Shown here piece after piece: positions 1 to 10,566 of a stretch of 64,000 nucleotides of DNA. Position 1 is the first letter of the stretch, and each line of letters opens with the position of its first letter. The stretch lies in the NCBI GenBank assembly GCA_965221125.1, contig CBDCRW010000007.1, positions 32,001 through 96,000 of the forward strand, given 5' to 3'. The DNA comes from Alphaproteobacteria bacterium (lineage in GTDB: Bacteria; Pseudomonadota; Alphaproteobacteria; UBA828). The position numbers were made by a program, and so were the translations under genes. The notes under the pieces were generated by a model. That model did no database searches. It saw only the letters and a program-made list of their open reading frames with translations, and had not been told where the DNA came from.

Positions 1-1
1 C

Positions 2-271
2 GGCGGCCGGTTGATCGTCTTCGGTCGCTTTGGCGTGACCTGGCGGGCGCTGGAAGACGTTCACCTCAAGGCACAGATCGACGTTCACTCCTCGCCCTAC
101 GGCGCCTCCGCTCTGGCGCCGCTCTCCGATGCGGCGGTCATGCTGGGCCTGGGTGGGACGTTGAGGATCACGGACCATATGGCGCTCGACGTCGCGATCA
201 CCGAAGACGACGGCACCTGGCATGCTGCCCCCGACATCGGCCTCCATGCTGCCTTGCGGTGGAGATTGTAG
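2..271 (+). CDS. Outer-membrane beta-barrel-like protein, C-terminal part (DUF3187-like), truncated by window edge
   Basis: LKAQIDVHSSPY...LGLGGTLR...LDVAITED...APDIGLHAALRWRL; amphipathic strands with aromatic C-terminus resemble DUF3187 C-termini from memory. Confidence 0.5.
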   Translation, partial: GGRLIVFGRFGVTWRALEDVHLKAQIDVHSSPYGASALAPLSDAAVMLGLGGTLRITDHMALDVAITEDDGTWHAAPDIGLHAALRWRL

Positions 272-345
272 GTGATCGCGAGCGTTGCCGTCGCCGGGAC
301 CGCCCGTGGTGCTCGCCAGGGTTCCGCCGTCGCCGGCGGACTTCG

Positions 346-525
346 GAGGCCGACATCGGCCTGGCCTGGCTGGACCACCTCGACGATCCGGGCATCGTGG
401 TGCTTCTCACGGGCGACGGCGCAGGCTACTGCGGTGGCGCAGGCTTTCACGCTGCACTTGAACGTCTTCACGCGCGGGGCTGGCGTGTCGAGATGGGGCT
501 TGGGCCCAGGCGGGATGTTAAATGA
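346..525 (+). pseudogene. Fragment of NYN/PIN-like domain protein
   Basis: PGIVVLLTGDGAGY...GFHAALERLHARGWRVE resembles the C-terminal motif of NYN-domain proteins; no N-terminal half present. Confidence 0.4.
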
Positions 526-1650
526 CTGATTTAACGTCATACTTCCTAGTATAGCCCCGAGCGACGCAGAATCCGACGCACTCATTCCGGCACCTCTTGG
601 CTACGCCCTGCTACGAGACGTCGTAGCAGACAGCCCCCTGCGCGTGCCTGAGCGTAGTGCTGTCGTAGGTGGGCAGCGGGCTGCGTCAGGTGTGAGAGCA
701 AAAAACGCCTCAAGGCGTAAGACAGGTCCAGGGGTCCGCAGAAAAGCTATCAGGCCCAGCCACTTAGGGGGCGCAGGAGGCACGGTGAGGCCAGGAATCC
801 GGGAATTCGGGCGTATTTCGCAGAGCATACGCGGAATTTCTTATGGCACGCGTTATGTAGAACACAATTGGCGACTTGTGTTGTCCGTGTGTGGCGATTC
901 CGGTGCGCTCGGCACGGCTCGGGATGCACGCGGGGATCGATCTGCCGAGCTCGTGCAGGCGCATGTTCTCGCAGACTTGGCGGCGTTCGGAGATGCGGTA
1001 GAAATGAGGCAAGCGATCATGGTCGGCGCAGTGGACCGATCACCATGATCGTCACGAGTGTCGGACGTGGTGACGTCGGGCCGTTCAGGCGCGACGGCAC
1101 CAATGTCCGTCGAACCGCGGAGGCGCTCGTCGTCTTCGGCGACGGCGCTGACGCCGAGCACGCGCATGGGACTTGCAGTCCATGGGTCGAAGGTGAGTTG
1201 CGGCACGATGTCGGCGGCGGCGGTCGACGGCGCACCATCGCCATCTTCATCGCCGCGATCATCGTCATCGGCACAAGCGCGAGCGCGCGCAGTCCATGCG
1301 CGCGCCGCTGCAAAGGCCGGCGATGGCGGCGCGCGGCTCGACCGCGGTTCTGACTTCGCGTACTGAGTCGCGGTGTGTCTCTCTGCAGCGAGACGAGCGT
1401 CCGGCGATGGCGCGCAGCGCCGAGCCGGACGCGGGGCTCGGAGTGATGTGGGATGGCCAGCGACCGCAGAGAGCGCGAGCGCCGCCTGCGCGAAGCGCGG
1501 CGGCACCGGCCATCGAGGGCGCACACCGGTGGCCGATACGGATACCGGCGGTCGGGTGCACCGGACTGCGCGCATTGACAGCCGTCGTGAAAACGCAGAA
1601 CGCGGCCGGTGCCGTGAGGCACCGACCGCTGTATCTGTCGCGGGCGCCGA

Positions 1651-2565
1651 TCAGACCGGTACGACCATCACGGGAATGCCCAAGCGCTTCGCCTTGTCGA
1701 CGAGGTTGCCGGTGATTCCGCTACCGGGGAATGCGATGACGCCCTTGGGCAGCAGGTTGAGCAGGTCGTCGTTGCGGCGGAAGGGCGCGGCCTTGCCGTG
1801 GGCGTTCCAGTCGGGGCGGCAGACGACCTGATTGACGCCTCTGGCCTCGGCCCAGCTCGCTGCGATCTTCTCGACGCCGGGGCCGCCGCCGTGGACCAGC
1901 ACCATGTCGCCGTGCTTCGCGCGGGCCATGTCGAGCGTGCTCCAGACCGTGTCGGCGTCGGCGACGGTCTTGCCGCCGGTGATCGCGACCAGGGTGCCCT
2001 CGGGCAGATGCGCCCGGGTCTCGCGGTCCTTGCGGGCTCTGCGGAAGTCGCGGGCATCGATGGCGGCAGAGGTGAGCGTTCCGGTGCGGCTCGTGTGCGA
2101 GCCGTGGCGCGGGCGCCATGTGTCGCCGGTCTCAGCACGGTAGGCATCGGCTGCGATGTCGCGCATCTTCTCGAAGGCATCGCGCCTGTCGCCGAGGCTC
2201 TGCGCCCGGTCGGTGAGGGTCTGCAGCTCCCACGCCTTCACCTCCGATCCATCCTGCGCCTTCTCGAGGTCGCGCATCTCGGGAGTGATGCGGTCGACGG
2301 CACGGTCGAGCCTCTGCACCTGGCTGTGCAGCATGTTGGTGAAGCCCCACATCAGGGGCTCGCGCTCGTCGGCCATCTGGGTGCCGTCGACGGTGACGCC
2401 GTCCACGATGACGCGGATGGCCTCGCTCAGTGCATCGATGGCATCGTCTTCGTCCCAGACGACGCGGCTGTCGAGCTCGCCGCGCTCCGGTGCGGCGCCG
2501 TAGAGGGCCATGCTCTCGCAAACGGTGGCAGTTGCAGACGCGGTAGCGGTTGCGGTGTCGATCAT
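1651..2565 (-). CDS. DUF2493 / YspA-like SLOG domain protein of plasmid/ICE backbones
   Basis: C-terminal LVAITGG...LVHGGGPGVEKIAASWAEARGV...AAPFRRND...VIAFPGSGITGNLVDKAKRLGIPV. Confidence 0.8.
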   Translation of the reverse strand: MIDTATATASATATVCESMALYGAAPERGELDSRVVWDEDDAIDALSEAIRVIVDGVTVDGTQMADEREPLMWGFTNMLHSQVQRLDRAVDRITPEMRDLEKAQDGSEVKAWELQTLTDRAQSLGDRRDAFEKMRDIAADAYRAETGDTWRPRHGSHTSRTGTLTSAAIDARDFRRARKDRETRAHLPEGTLVAITGGKTVADADTVWSTLDMARAKHGDMVLVHGGGPGVEKIAASWAEARGVNQVVCRPDWNAHGKAAPFRRNDDLLNLLPKGVIAFPGSGITGNLVDKAKRLGIPVMVVPV

Positions 2566-2955
2566 GACGATCTCCCTTGTTCATCCACCGGGACCCTGTG
2601 CCCCGTCGTGGTGTCCTCCTTCTTCACGCGCGCGCAGTGTCAGCACCTGGCCTTAGGAACTGTTGGGCGGGGTGGTGCGGAAGTTCGGCGATGGTGCGGA
2701 AGATGGCGCCGACGTGCCGGTGGGAACGGTGCTCCGCAGCAAATCCATTCCAGTGGTCATTGCGGCGCCGGGCCGGGCGGGCCCGCTTGGGCCTGCCCGG
2801 CGTCTAGGCGCCGCTATGAATGGTTCCGCGAATGGATTTGAAGCGGTGCAGCGTGACGCGGCGGCCCCGCGCGAGGGGCCGGCGCGCTGCGAGACGAGGC
2901 GGTTGGCGATTACACGCAAGCCATCTTCACGGTCGCCGAACTTCACGGCCCGCCC

Positions 2956-4137
2956 TTACAGTTCCTTGGGCCAGGCCGCAGGGAGCGGAGCGACCGGAGG
3001 ACCCGGAGGGTTGCTGGTGCGAGCACGCGTGACAGAATTGGAGGACACGACGGAAGAGGCTTCCATTTCGGCACGCAAGGCCTCCTCTGTTTCTTTGTTG
3101 CCCGCGGGCACGGTCCCGCCGGTGCAGACCAGGGGCGCGATGCGTGCGGCCAGGGCATGCGGACCAAGGGTCACAATGTCTTCGTTGAAGTCGCCGGTCT
3201 GGGAGACGATGACGGCGCACTCGATGCGCAGAGCAAAACATCGCCGACGCAGTCGAAGCGCAGCGCGCTCGCCCGCCTCGTCGTTGTCGCAGACCACGAC
3301 GAGACGGGCGATGCCCGTTGGCGGCGTGAAGGCACCGAGCCCACCGGCCGAGAGCGCGGCAGCGGCGGTGACGGTCGGCACGGCGGTAACGATGGAGAGC
3401 ATCGTCTCGATGCCCTCCCCCACCAGCAGCGTGCCGGTGCTGGGGTCGCCAAAGCGGACGGCATGGCCGTGGACACGGCCGAGCGCCTTGCGCGGGAACG
3501 ACACGTCTGCCTTCGCGGGATGTCTGGGATCGAGCCATGTCCGATGCACGCCGACGATGGCGCCGTGAGCGGTCTGCTCGCCTGGACCGGAGTGTTCCTC
3601 CGGACCGGGGTGTTTCCCCGCGTCGGCGGTGACGGCGGCGACGAGGGCCGGCAGGCGACGCATGCCGCCGCCGTCGCGGTAGAAGAGTTCCGGGTGGAAG
3701 CGCAGCGCGGGGAAGCGGCAGCGGTGGATGGCACGGGCCCTGAGGTACGCCTCGGCATGCGTGCCGTCGATGGCGCGGCAGCGCCGCCAAAGGCGGCGCG
3801 CCGCCTCGCTGGAGTCGTAGGCCCCGTCCGAGGCCGCTGCCGGCACAGCCGGCAAGGCGAGGAAGGCGCGGGCCTCGGCCATGGCGTCGCGGAGCGGCAC
3901 GTCGCCCATGCGGTGGCGGATGAGGTCGAGGAGATCGCCATGGGTTCCCTCGGCGGAGTCGGTCCACTTGCCGGGGACGCCGGGAGGCGTGAGACGGACG
4001 AAGAGCGAGCGCCCGCGGGCACCGTGAATGTCGCCGGCGGTCCAGTACCTGCCCTGCCTGCGCCCGTGGGGCAGGTAGGCGCGGCAGACCTCCTCGGCGC
4101 GCTCGCCGAGGGCCTTGGCGATCCGGGTGGCGTTCAT
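2956..4137 (-). CDS. Toprim-domain primase-like protein (DUF7146-type)
   Basis: EVCRAYLPHGRRQGRYWTAGD N-terminus; GVHRTWL, LLVGEGIETMLS and VVVCDNDEAG toprim motifs; start chosen at MNATRIA. Confidence 0.8.
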   Translation of the reverse strand: MNATRIAKALGERAEEVCRAYLPHGRRQGRYWTAGDIHGARGRSLFVRLTPPGVPGKWTDSAEGTHGDLLDLIRHRMGDVPLRDAMAEARAFLALPAVPAAASDGAYDSSEAARRLWRRCRAIDGTHAEAYLRARAIHRCRFPALRFHPELFYRDGGGMRRLPALVAAVTADAGKHPGPEEHSGPGEQTAHGAIVGVHRTWLDPRHPAKADVSFPRKALGRVHGHAVRFGDPSTGTLLVGEGIETMLSIVTAVPTVTAAAALSAGGLGAFTPPTGIARLVVVCDNDEAGERAALRLRRRCFALRIECAVIVSQTGDFNEDIVTLGPHALAARIAPLVCTGGTVPAGNKETEEALRAEMEASSVVSSNSVTRARTSNPPGPPVAPLPAAWPKEL

Positions 4138-4350
4138 GGGGCTCCCCCGCTCCGTCCAGAGAGTGCCCGCGTTCCGGCCGGTCTCGGGCTCTCGGCGGCG
4201 CGCGGGCGGCGGGGAGGCGCGCCGCGCACCCGCGCCGCTGCCCGGCGGGACGGGGCTCTGGTCGTGCTGCATGGAAACGGGGGCACGCGCACGCGCCGGT
4301 CATCGGCGCAGGCGCGGCCCCCAGGGTGCCGGAGGACGGTGGTGGTACTG

Positions 4351-4665
4351 TCAGGCGGCCATGTGCTGCTGCGCCCGCCAGGCGGGATGCACCATCGGCA
4401 TCGCGGGCGCAAGATCACGGTCGACGAGCAGCTCGGCCACTGTCGCGCGCACGGCGCGCGCATCCTCGACTGCCACGGGTCCTGCGGCATCGTCGTAGAG
4501 GTGCACGTAGAAGACCCCGTGATCCGGGGTGGTATAGGCGGGCCGCTTCATGACGGTGCCAACGGTCTCGCCGTCTGCAACGACGAGCCACTCGTCATCG
4601 CCGCATGAGCGGAAGGCGATGTCGTCGGCGGTGAGGCTGTAGCCGGACATGGCGGGACTTCCCAT
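4351..4665 (-). CDS. Hypothetical protein
   Basis: Normal-composition ORF co-oriented with backbone genes. Confidence 0.55.
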   Translation of the reverse strand: MGSPAMSGYSLTADDIAFRSCGDDEWLVVADGETVGTVMKRPAYTTPDHGVFYVHLYDDAAGPVAVEDARAVRATVAELLVDRDLAPAMPMVHPAWRAQQHMAA

Positions 4666-4808
4666 GAAAGGGGCGCGCGGCGGCGCCCGGAGGGCGCCTG
4701 CCTTGCGCGAGGGTTGAAGGGGAAGGGGCCGTGCTCCGCGCGGCAGATGACGCGGAACACGGCCCCTCGGGGAGCGGGCGGGAGGTCACCCGCTGCGAGG
4801 ATGGGCAG

Positions 4809-4832
4809 CTTAGAATGGTTATGGGAAGTTGG
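4809..4832. repeat. Left att-like end (core CTTAGAATGG plus arm TTATGGGAAGTTGG)
   Basis: Matches core at 16427-16436; arm is inverted relative to 16417-16430. Confidence 0.65.
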
Positions 4833-5011
4833 ACCGTGTAACGTTTGAGTGAGTGGTTTGATTCACAACGATCTTTTGGTGTTCCGGTGCCCTTCCGTGC
4901 GGATCTCTTGTAAACAATGCCGCCGAGATTGGCCCGATATGGGCGACATTGTTTACACTTTTGTCGTCGGCACCCGATGCGAGGCCAGGAAGGACGGGCC
5001 GACGCGCGAAG

Positions 5012-5105
5012 TGCCGAATCTCACGAAAGTAGCCACCCAATCTCAGGCAAAGTAGCCACCGAATCTCATCGAAAGTAGCCACCCAGTCTCACCAAAGTAG
5101 CCACC
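5012..5105 (+). repeat. IS21 left end: four ~23-24-bp repeats (ATCTCA..AAAGTAGCCAC)
   Basis: Seen directly; inverted counterparts at 7726-7821. Confidence 0.9.
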
Positions 5106-5187
5106 CCCTCGGGGCGGCGGCTTTTGGAGCGACTCAGAGCGCCGTCCTACCCGTCGGATTTCGCGATTCATCCGAGGGGGGGCTGGG

Positions 5188-6723
5188 ATGGCACGGGGAA
5201 GGCTGCCGATGAGAAAGGTGAAGAAGGTTCTTGGGTTCCATTTCGAGGAGGGACGTAGCGCCCGCGCGATCGCAACCCACTGCGGTATGGCGCGTCGCTC
5301 GGTGGCGTCGGTCTTGGAGCGCTTCGCGGCATCTGGTCTGAGTTGGCCGGAAGCCGGCGACATGGCCGACGAGGCGCTGGAGGCGACACTGTTTCCGGCG
5401 CCCACGCAAGCCGCGCCGCAGCAGCAGGAGGTGGACTGGGCGAAGGTCGAGACGGACCTGTCCGAGCCGGGCGTGACCCTGAAACTACTGTGGGAGGAAT
5501 GGCGCGAGACCCATCCCGGCGGCATGAGCTATCCGACCTGGTGCCGCCGCTTCCGCGAGTGGCGGCCGCGCCGGGACGCGACGATGCGCCAGAACCGCCG
5601 TCCCGGCGAGAGGCTGTTCGTCGATTACGCCGGCATGACGATCCCGATCATGATCGACGGGGGCGAGCACGAGGCGCAGGTGTTCGTGGCCTCGATGGGC
5701 GTCTCGGGGCGGCTCTACGCCGAGGCGACGCTCAGCCAGAAGATCGAGGACTGGTGCGCCTCGCACGTGCGCTGCTTCGAGGATATGGGCTGCGTGCCGC
5801 AGGTCGTGGTGCCCGACAACATCAAGCCGGCGGTGATCAAGCCCTCGCGCTACGAGCCGGTCCTCAACGAGACCTACGCCGATCTGCTCGACCACTATGA
5901 CGTTCGGGGCTTCCCGGCGCGCGTGAAGAAGCCGCGCGACAAGGCCCTGGTCGAGAACGGCGTGCTCCAGGGCGAGCGCTGGATCCTGGCGCCCCTGCGC
6001 AAGCGCGTCTTCCATGACCTGGCGTCGGCAAACCGGGAGATCGGCGAGCAGGTCAGGAAGATCAACAGCCGGCCCTATGCCGACGGCACCGGCGAGAACC
6101 GCTACGGCCGCTTCGAGAGCGTCGACCTCCCCCACATGAAGCCGCTGCCGAAGCGGCGGTGGCAACGCACGGTATGGCGCAAGAACACGGTCCACCGCGA
6201 TTATCACATCGCCATCGATTACCACTTCTACTCGGTGCCTCACGAGCTCATCGGCAAGGAGGTCGACGTCCGCCTGCGCGACAACCTGATCGATGTCTTC
6301 GTTCGGGGCCGGCACGTCGCCAGCCATATCCGCAGCTCAGCCAGGGGCCGCGCCACCACCGTCGAAGAGCACAAACCGAAGGCGCACCAACGCGCCGGCG
6401 TCGAGGCCACCCGCGCCCACCTGGAGAAGAGCGCGCGCGATATCGGGCCCCATGTCCACGCCTACGTCGTCGTGCTCATGAAGCGGCAGAACAATCCGGA
6501 GTTCGGCTTCCGTGCCTGCTACGGCGTCCTCCGGCTGGCCAAAAGCTACGAGCAGGACCGCTTCGACGGCGCCTGCCGCTACGCGCTCGAGCTCGGCACG
6601 CGGAGCTACCGCGGGCTCGAGAACATCCTGCGCACCGGCGCCGACCGCGTCGACGCCGAGCAGGAACCCGACACCATGCCCATCGATCATTCCAACATCA
6701 GAGGACCGGAGGCCTACCGATGA
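5188..6723 (+). CDS. istA: IS21 transposase IstA
   Basis: N-terminal HTH, PGERLFVDYAG, VVPDNIK, KPRDKALVENGV DDE motifs. Confidence 0.95.
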   Translation: MARGRLPMRKVKKVLGFHFEEGRSARAIATHCGMARRSVASVLERFAASGLSWPEAGDMADEALEATLFPAPTQAAPQQQEVDWAKVETDLSEPGVTLKLLWEEWRETHPGGMSYPTWCRRFREWRPRRDATMRQNRRPGERLFVDYAGMTIPIMIDGGEHEAQVFVASMGVSGRLYAEATLSQKIEDWCASHVRCFEDMGCVPQVVVPDNIKPAVIKPSRYEPVLNETYADLLDHYDVRGFPARVKKPRDKALVENGVLQGERWILAPLRKRVFHDLASANREIGEQVRKINSRPYADGTGENRYGRFESVDLPHMKPLPKRRWQRTVWRKNTVHRDYHIAIDYHFYSVPHELIGKEVDVRLRDNLIDVFVRGRHVASHIRSSARGRATTVEEHKPKAHQRAGVEATRAHLEKSARDIGPHVHAYVVVLMKRQNNPEFGFRACYGVLRLAKSYEQDRFDGACRYALELGTRSYRGLENILRTGADRVDAEQEPDTMPIDHSNIRGPEAYR

Positions 6724-7481
6724 CCGAAAACCCCGTCTCCCACCCGCTGGCCGAGCGCATCGCCTCGCTGCGCCTGCCAGGCATGCACGCCGCCTTCCTC
6801 GAGCAGGTGGCGCGCAACGATCTCGGCGACATGCCCTTCGAGGATCGGCTCGCGCTGCTGATCGACCGCGAGATCGCAGAGCGCCGTTCCAGGGCCCTGC
6901 AGCGGCGCCTCAAGAGGGCACAGCTGCGCCATCAGGACGCCTGCTTCGAGGATATCAACCTGAGCCGCCCGCGCGGCCTCGACCGCAGCCTCGTGCTCGG
7001 CCTCGCAGACTGCGCCTGGGTCCGCAACGGCGCCAACATCCTGGTCACGGGTCCGTGCGGCACGGGCAAGAGTTGGATCTCGTGCGCCCTCGGCCACAAG
7101 GCGTGCCTCGAGGGTCACATCGCCCAGTACCACCGCGTGCCCAGGCTACTCACCGAGCTGCGCATCGCCCATGGCGAGGGCACGATCCCGAAGCTCTACC
7201 GCGATCTCGCCCGCATCGCGGTGCTGATCCTTGACGATTGGGGCATCGCGCCCATCGATGCGGCTCGCGCGCGCGATCTCCTCGAAATCCTCGACGACCG
7301 CTTCGGCCGGCGCTCGGTGATCGTCACCAGCCAGTTGCCCGTGGCCGACTGGCACCGCCAGCTCAACGACCCCACCGTCGCTGACGCCATCCTCGACCGC
7401 CTCGTCCACGGCGCCATCCGCATCGAGCTGCACGGCACGTCCATGCGCATCGACGACGCTGCCGCCGGAACAAAGGCATGA
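6720..7481 (+). CDS. istB: IS21 ATPase IstB
   Basis: ATGA overlap with istA; Walker A GPCGTGKS, VLILDDWG, ADAILDRLVH. Confidence 0.95.
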   Translation: MTENPVSHPLAERIASLRLPGMHAAFLEQVARNDLGDMPFEDRLALLIDREIAERRSRALQRRLKRAQLRHQDACFEDINLSRPRGLDRSLVLGLADCAWVRNGANILVTGPCGTGKSWISCALGHKACLEGHIAQYHRVPRLLTELRIAHGEGTIPKLYRDLARIAVLILDDWGIAPIDAARARDLLEILDDRFGRRSVIVTSQLPVADWHRQLNDPTVADAILDRLVHGAIRIELHGTSMRIDDAAAGTKA

Positions 7482-7725
7482 GCGCGACTACAGAGCGCCG
7501 CGCTGCGCGCGGCGCGAACGTCGCTCCGCTCCGGGGCGTCGGAGAGGCGGGGCCGGTGGTGCCAGGCATGGTGCGCGCGCGCCGCCAGACTCGTGAGGGG
7601 TCTCACGCGTCGCGCGCGCACCATGCTCCACCGCCTTGCCACTGTGCCTTCGGCGGTGGTACCGATCACGGAGAACTCGCGGAAGGAGAACCGCTGACAA
7701 CAACGTAACCGCGTCGCTTCGCTCC

Positions 7726-7821
7726 GGGGTGGCTACTTTGCTGAGATTGAGTGGCTACTTTGGATGAGATTCGCCGGCTACTTCGGGTGAGATTCACCGG
7801 CTACATTGGTGAGACTGGGCA
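7726..7821 (-). repeat. IS21 right end: four inverted repeats
   Basis: GGCTACTT..TGAGA(T/C)T units, reverse complement of left-end units. Confidence 0.9.
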
Positions 7822-7862
7822 CGAAGCGCCGGCCCGATCGGGAGTAGACGGCGATCATGCTC

Positions 7863-8282
7863 CTAGAACGGCGAATCGGAGGCATGGCCGGCTTCTGCCG
7901 GCCGGCGGTCGTCCTGGGTGGCGGCGGTGCCGTTGGTGCGCTCGAGGAACTGGATCCGCGAACCGGGCACCAGCAGGATCTCGGTGGAGAAGCGGTCGCT
8001 GTCCTCGCCCTCCTTCCGCCACCTGCGCGTCTGGAGCTTGCCGCTGACGTAGACCAGGCGACCCTTCTTCGCGTGCTTTTCGAGCATGCCGATGAGCCCG
8101 TCCTGGAAGGTCACCGCCTTGTGCCATTCCACGCGATCGACGCGCTCGCCGGTCTTGTCGATGTACCCCTCGTCGGTCGCCACGCTCATATTGGCGACGC
8201 GCCCGCCGGACGTGAGATTGGTGATGGTCGCATCGGCGCCCAAGCGTCCGATGAGCTCAGCCCTGTTCATCCCGAAGCTCAT
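7863..8282 (-). CDS. ssb: Single-stranded DNA-binding protein (element-borne copy)
   Basis: MSFGMNRAELIGRLGAD...EWHK...KKGRLVYVSGKLQTRRW...SPF C-terminus. Confidence 0.92.
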   Translation of the reverse strand: MSFGMNRAELIGRLGADATITNLTSGGRVANMSVATDEGYIDKTGERVDRVEWHKAVTFQDGLIGMLEKHAKKGRLVYVSGKLQTRRWRKEGEDSDRFSTEILLVPGSRIQFLERTNGTAATQDDRRPAEAGHASDSPF

Positions 8283-8586
8283 GATCGTCTCCTGTTCATC
8301 CGAGTTTCTGACGATGGTTGCGGAACGAAGCGGGCCGGGGGATCTCTCTCCCCGCCCTTCTCCGTTCATCCTCCTCCAGCCACTCTCCACCTCTGCCAGG
8401 CCCGGCGCCCCGGTGGCCGACAGGTAGCCGACGGCTTCACGGATCGCACGCGACGAGAGGCCGGCTGCGGCCGGGCGTGCGCCGGCATTGGAAGCCGCCA
8501 GGGCGCAGTTTTGATCAGGGGGGCGCGGGATGGGGGCGATCAGGGCGCGATGGGGCCAGCCGGCAGGCGGGTGTCGCTGAACGAGG

Positions 8587-10566
8587 TCATTGCCCGATCG
8601 ATCTCAAGCGCGACGCCAGGGTGATGTCGCGCTTCAGATTCCTTGGCGCCGTTGCGACGGCAGCGTCGAAGACGTTTCGGTCTCCGACGAAGACGACCTG
8701 CTCCGAGGCCCGCGTGGCCGCGGTGTAGATCAGCGTTCTGTCGAGGATCCTGGACCGGTAGACGGGCACGATCACCAGGGGCCACTGCGAGCCCTGCGCC
8801 TTGTGCACGGAGATCGCGTAGGCGAGCTCGATGTTGGTGGCGTCGGCGGCGCCCAGCCGGTGCTCCTGGCTGTCGATGACCGCCGTCGCATGGTCCCGGT
8901 GCGCTTCGACGATACGGCCGGTGGAGCCGTTCATGAGGTCGCGCTCGTAGTCGTTGCGGGTCCAGATGACGGGATCGCCTTCGGCGATGTCGGCACGGCC
9001 GGGAACGAGACGGGGGGTATGGGCGCTGCCCTGCATCCGCAGTTCGTGGAACCGGCGGTTGATGGCGAGGATGCCCGCCGGTCCTGCGTTGACCGGCGCG
9101 ACGATCTGAGCGTCGCCCCGGCGCAATCCGTTCTTGGCGAGCCGCGCGCCGGCATCGAAGATGACGTCGAACGCCTCCTCCGGGGCGGCGTCGATGAACG
9201 TCACCCCCGGCGCCAGGCCGCGGAAGGGGCCGAGCTCCGGGCGGCGGCCGTTGCGAATGGCCTCGGCCACGACCGGTATCCCGGTCTCGGCCGATTGACG
9301 CATCACGCGGTCGAGGACGGTCTTCGGGATGGCGGGATGTTCGATGAGCACGTGGAAGGTCAGGCCGAAGCCGATGGGCGGAAGCTGCGCGGGATCGCCG
9401 ACGAGAACGAGGGAGGCGTCCCCGATGCGTCTCACCACCTGCCAGAGCAGGGGAAGGTCGACCATGGACGCCTCGTCGACGATGACGATGTTGCCTGCAT
9501 GCAAGCGCGCACCCGCGCCGCCGGAGGTCTCCTTGAGGAAGCGGGCGATCGTCATCGCGGGGCGCCCCGCCGATTGGGCCATGCGCTGCGCCGCGCGGCC
9601 CGAGAGCGCGATGAGCACGGTGTCGCGGCCGAAGCGTTCCGCCAGCTCGCAGATGCCGCGCAGGGACGTGGTCTTGCCGGAGCCGGCATAGCCGCCCAGC
9701 ACCGACAGCCGGTGCCGGAAGGCGCCCGCGATGGCGGCTTTCTGCGGGCCCGTGAGGCGGTGCGGCCGGCGGCGTTCATACTCGTCAACGGCGTGCCCGA
9801 TCTCCTCGCCGGCAACAGCTGGCAAGGCCAGGTCGGACGCCGGAACTTCGGCGGCGAAGCGTGCGAGCTCTTCGGCAAGGAAGGCCTCCATGGCGGCCGC
9901 GCCCATGGGCTGAACGCCGTCCTCGAAGGGCTCGGCGCCGCCGGCTTCGACGGCGCTCTCGACCGCCCAGGGTCCGGCAGGGCTGCCGTCCGGAGCCGCT
10001 ACGCCGGTGAGCAGCTTCGCGGCCCCGGCCTCTGCCGAGGCGCGGGACGTCCATGTATGGTTCCGGTCGAGGCGGCGGTAGAGGGTGGCCTCGACGGCGG
10101 CGACGGCGCGGCGGGGATCGTCGGGCGCGACGCCGAGAGCGCGGCAGACCCTGTCGGTTGCAGGCCAGGGCAGGAAGCTCGCGAGGAGGTAGGGATTGTC
10201 CTTCAGGGCGTCGATGCCGTCATGGCCCCAGCAGCGGGCGATCCTGATCGCGGTACGCGTCCCGACAGCGGGGGCGACCCCCCGGCTTTCCAGCCAGTCG
10301 AGAAGCTCGATCTCGGGGCTCTTCAACTCGTAGGCCGCGAACGCGTTGGTGGCGGTTTCCTCGCCGAGGATGGCGGTGACCTCGGGATGTTTCCGGTCGA
10401 GCGCGTTACGCAGGCCGTCGCCGAATGCGGCTGCCAGGGCAGCGGCCTTCGCGGGGCCGATGCCGCGGAAGTCCCGGTCCTCGGCAAGGTACGCCGCGAG
10501 CGCGCCGGGCCTTCGCGGCATCGGGGCCTCGACGGCGGCACGGGCGGCTGCGCCCGGCCGGCTCAT
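8587..10566 (-). CDS. RecD2-like SF1B helicase
   Basis: HhH (RGIGPAKA), NPY motif, Walker A GYAGSGKTT, IVDEASMV, GDPAQLPPIG, AYAISVHKAQGSQW, LIYTAATRA. Confidence 0.9.
   Translation of the reverse strand: MSRPGAAARAAVEAPMPRRPGALAAYLAEDRDFRGIGPAKAAALAAAFGDGLRNALDRKHPEVTAILGEETATNAFAAYELKSPEIELLDWLESRGVAPAVGTRTAIRIARCWGHDGIDALKDNPYLLASFLPWPATDRVCRALGVAPDDPRRAVAAVEATLYRRLDRNHTWTSRASAEAGAAKLLTGVAAPDGSPAGPWAVESAVEAGGAEPFEDGVQPMGAAAMEAFLAEELARFAAEVPASDLALPAVAGEEIGHAVDEYERRRPHRLTGPQKAAIAGAFRHRLSVLGGYAGSGKTTSLRGICELAERFGRDTVLIALSGRAAQRMAQSAGRPAMTIARFLKETSGGAGARLHAGNIVIVDEASMVDLPLLWQVVRRIGDASLVLVGDPAQLPPIGFGLTFHVLIEHPAIPKTVLDRVMRQSAETGIPVVAEAIRNGRRPELGPFRGLAPGVTFIDAAPEEAFDVIFDAGARLAKNGLRRGDAQIVAPVNAGPAGILAINRRFHELRMQGSAHTPRLVPGRADIAEGDPVIWTRNDYERDLMNGSTGRIVEAHRDHATAVIDSQEHRLGAADATNIELAYAISVHKAQGSQWPLVIVPVYRSRILDRTLIYTAATRASEQVVFVGDRNVFDAAVATAPRNLKRDITLASRLRSIGQ

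Larger units (their letters stand above)
5012..7821 (+). mobile_element. IS21-family insertion sequence
   Basis: TG...CA ends, 5-bp target duplication CGAAG (5007-5011, 7822-7826), istA-istB, multiple terminal repeats. Confidence 0.95.

Noticed and set aside
513-523. GGATGTTAAAT resembling a XerD arm of dif
   Set aside because: No plausible XerC arm at the 6-bp spacing
575-595. CTCATTCCGGCACC resembling a tRNA 3' end / att site
   Set aside because: No T-loop consensus, no CCA and no second copy seen in the window
835-863. TTATGTAGAAC dif-like half site
   Set aside because: Left arm does not match XerC consensus or form a convincing inverted repeat
853-1622. Several overlapping ORFs
   Set aside because: Low-complexity GC-rich translations with no recognisable domain; may be a decayed gene
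5012-5105. Regularly spaced repeats suggesting a mini-CRISPR
   Set aside because: No unique spacers; mirrored at the other IS end, so they are IS21 transposase-binding repeats; no cas genes
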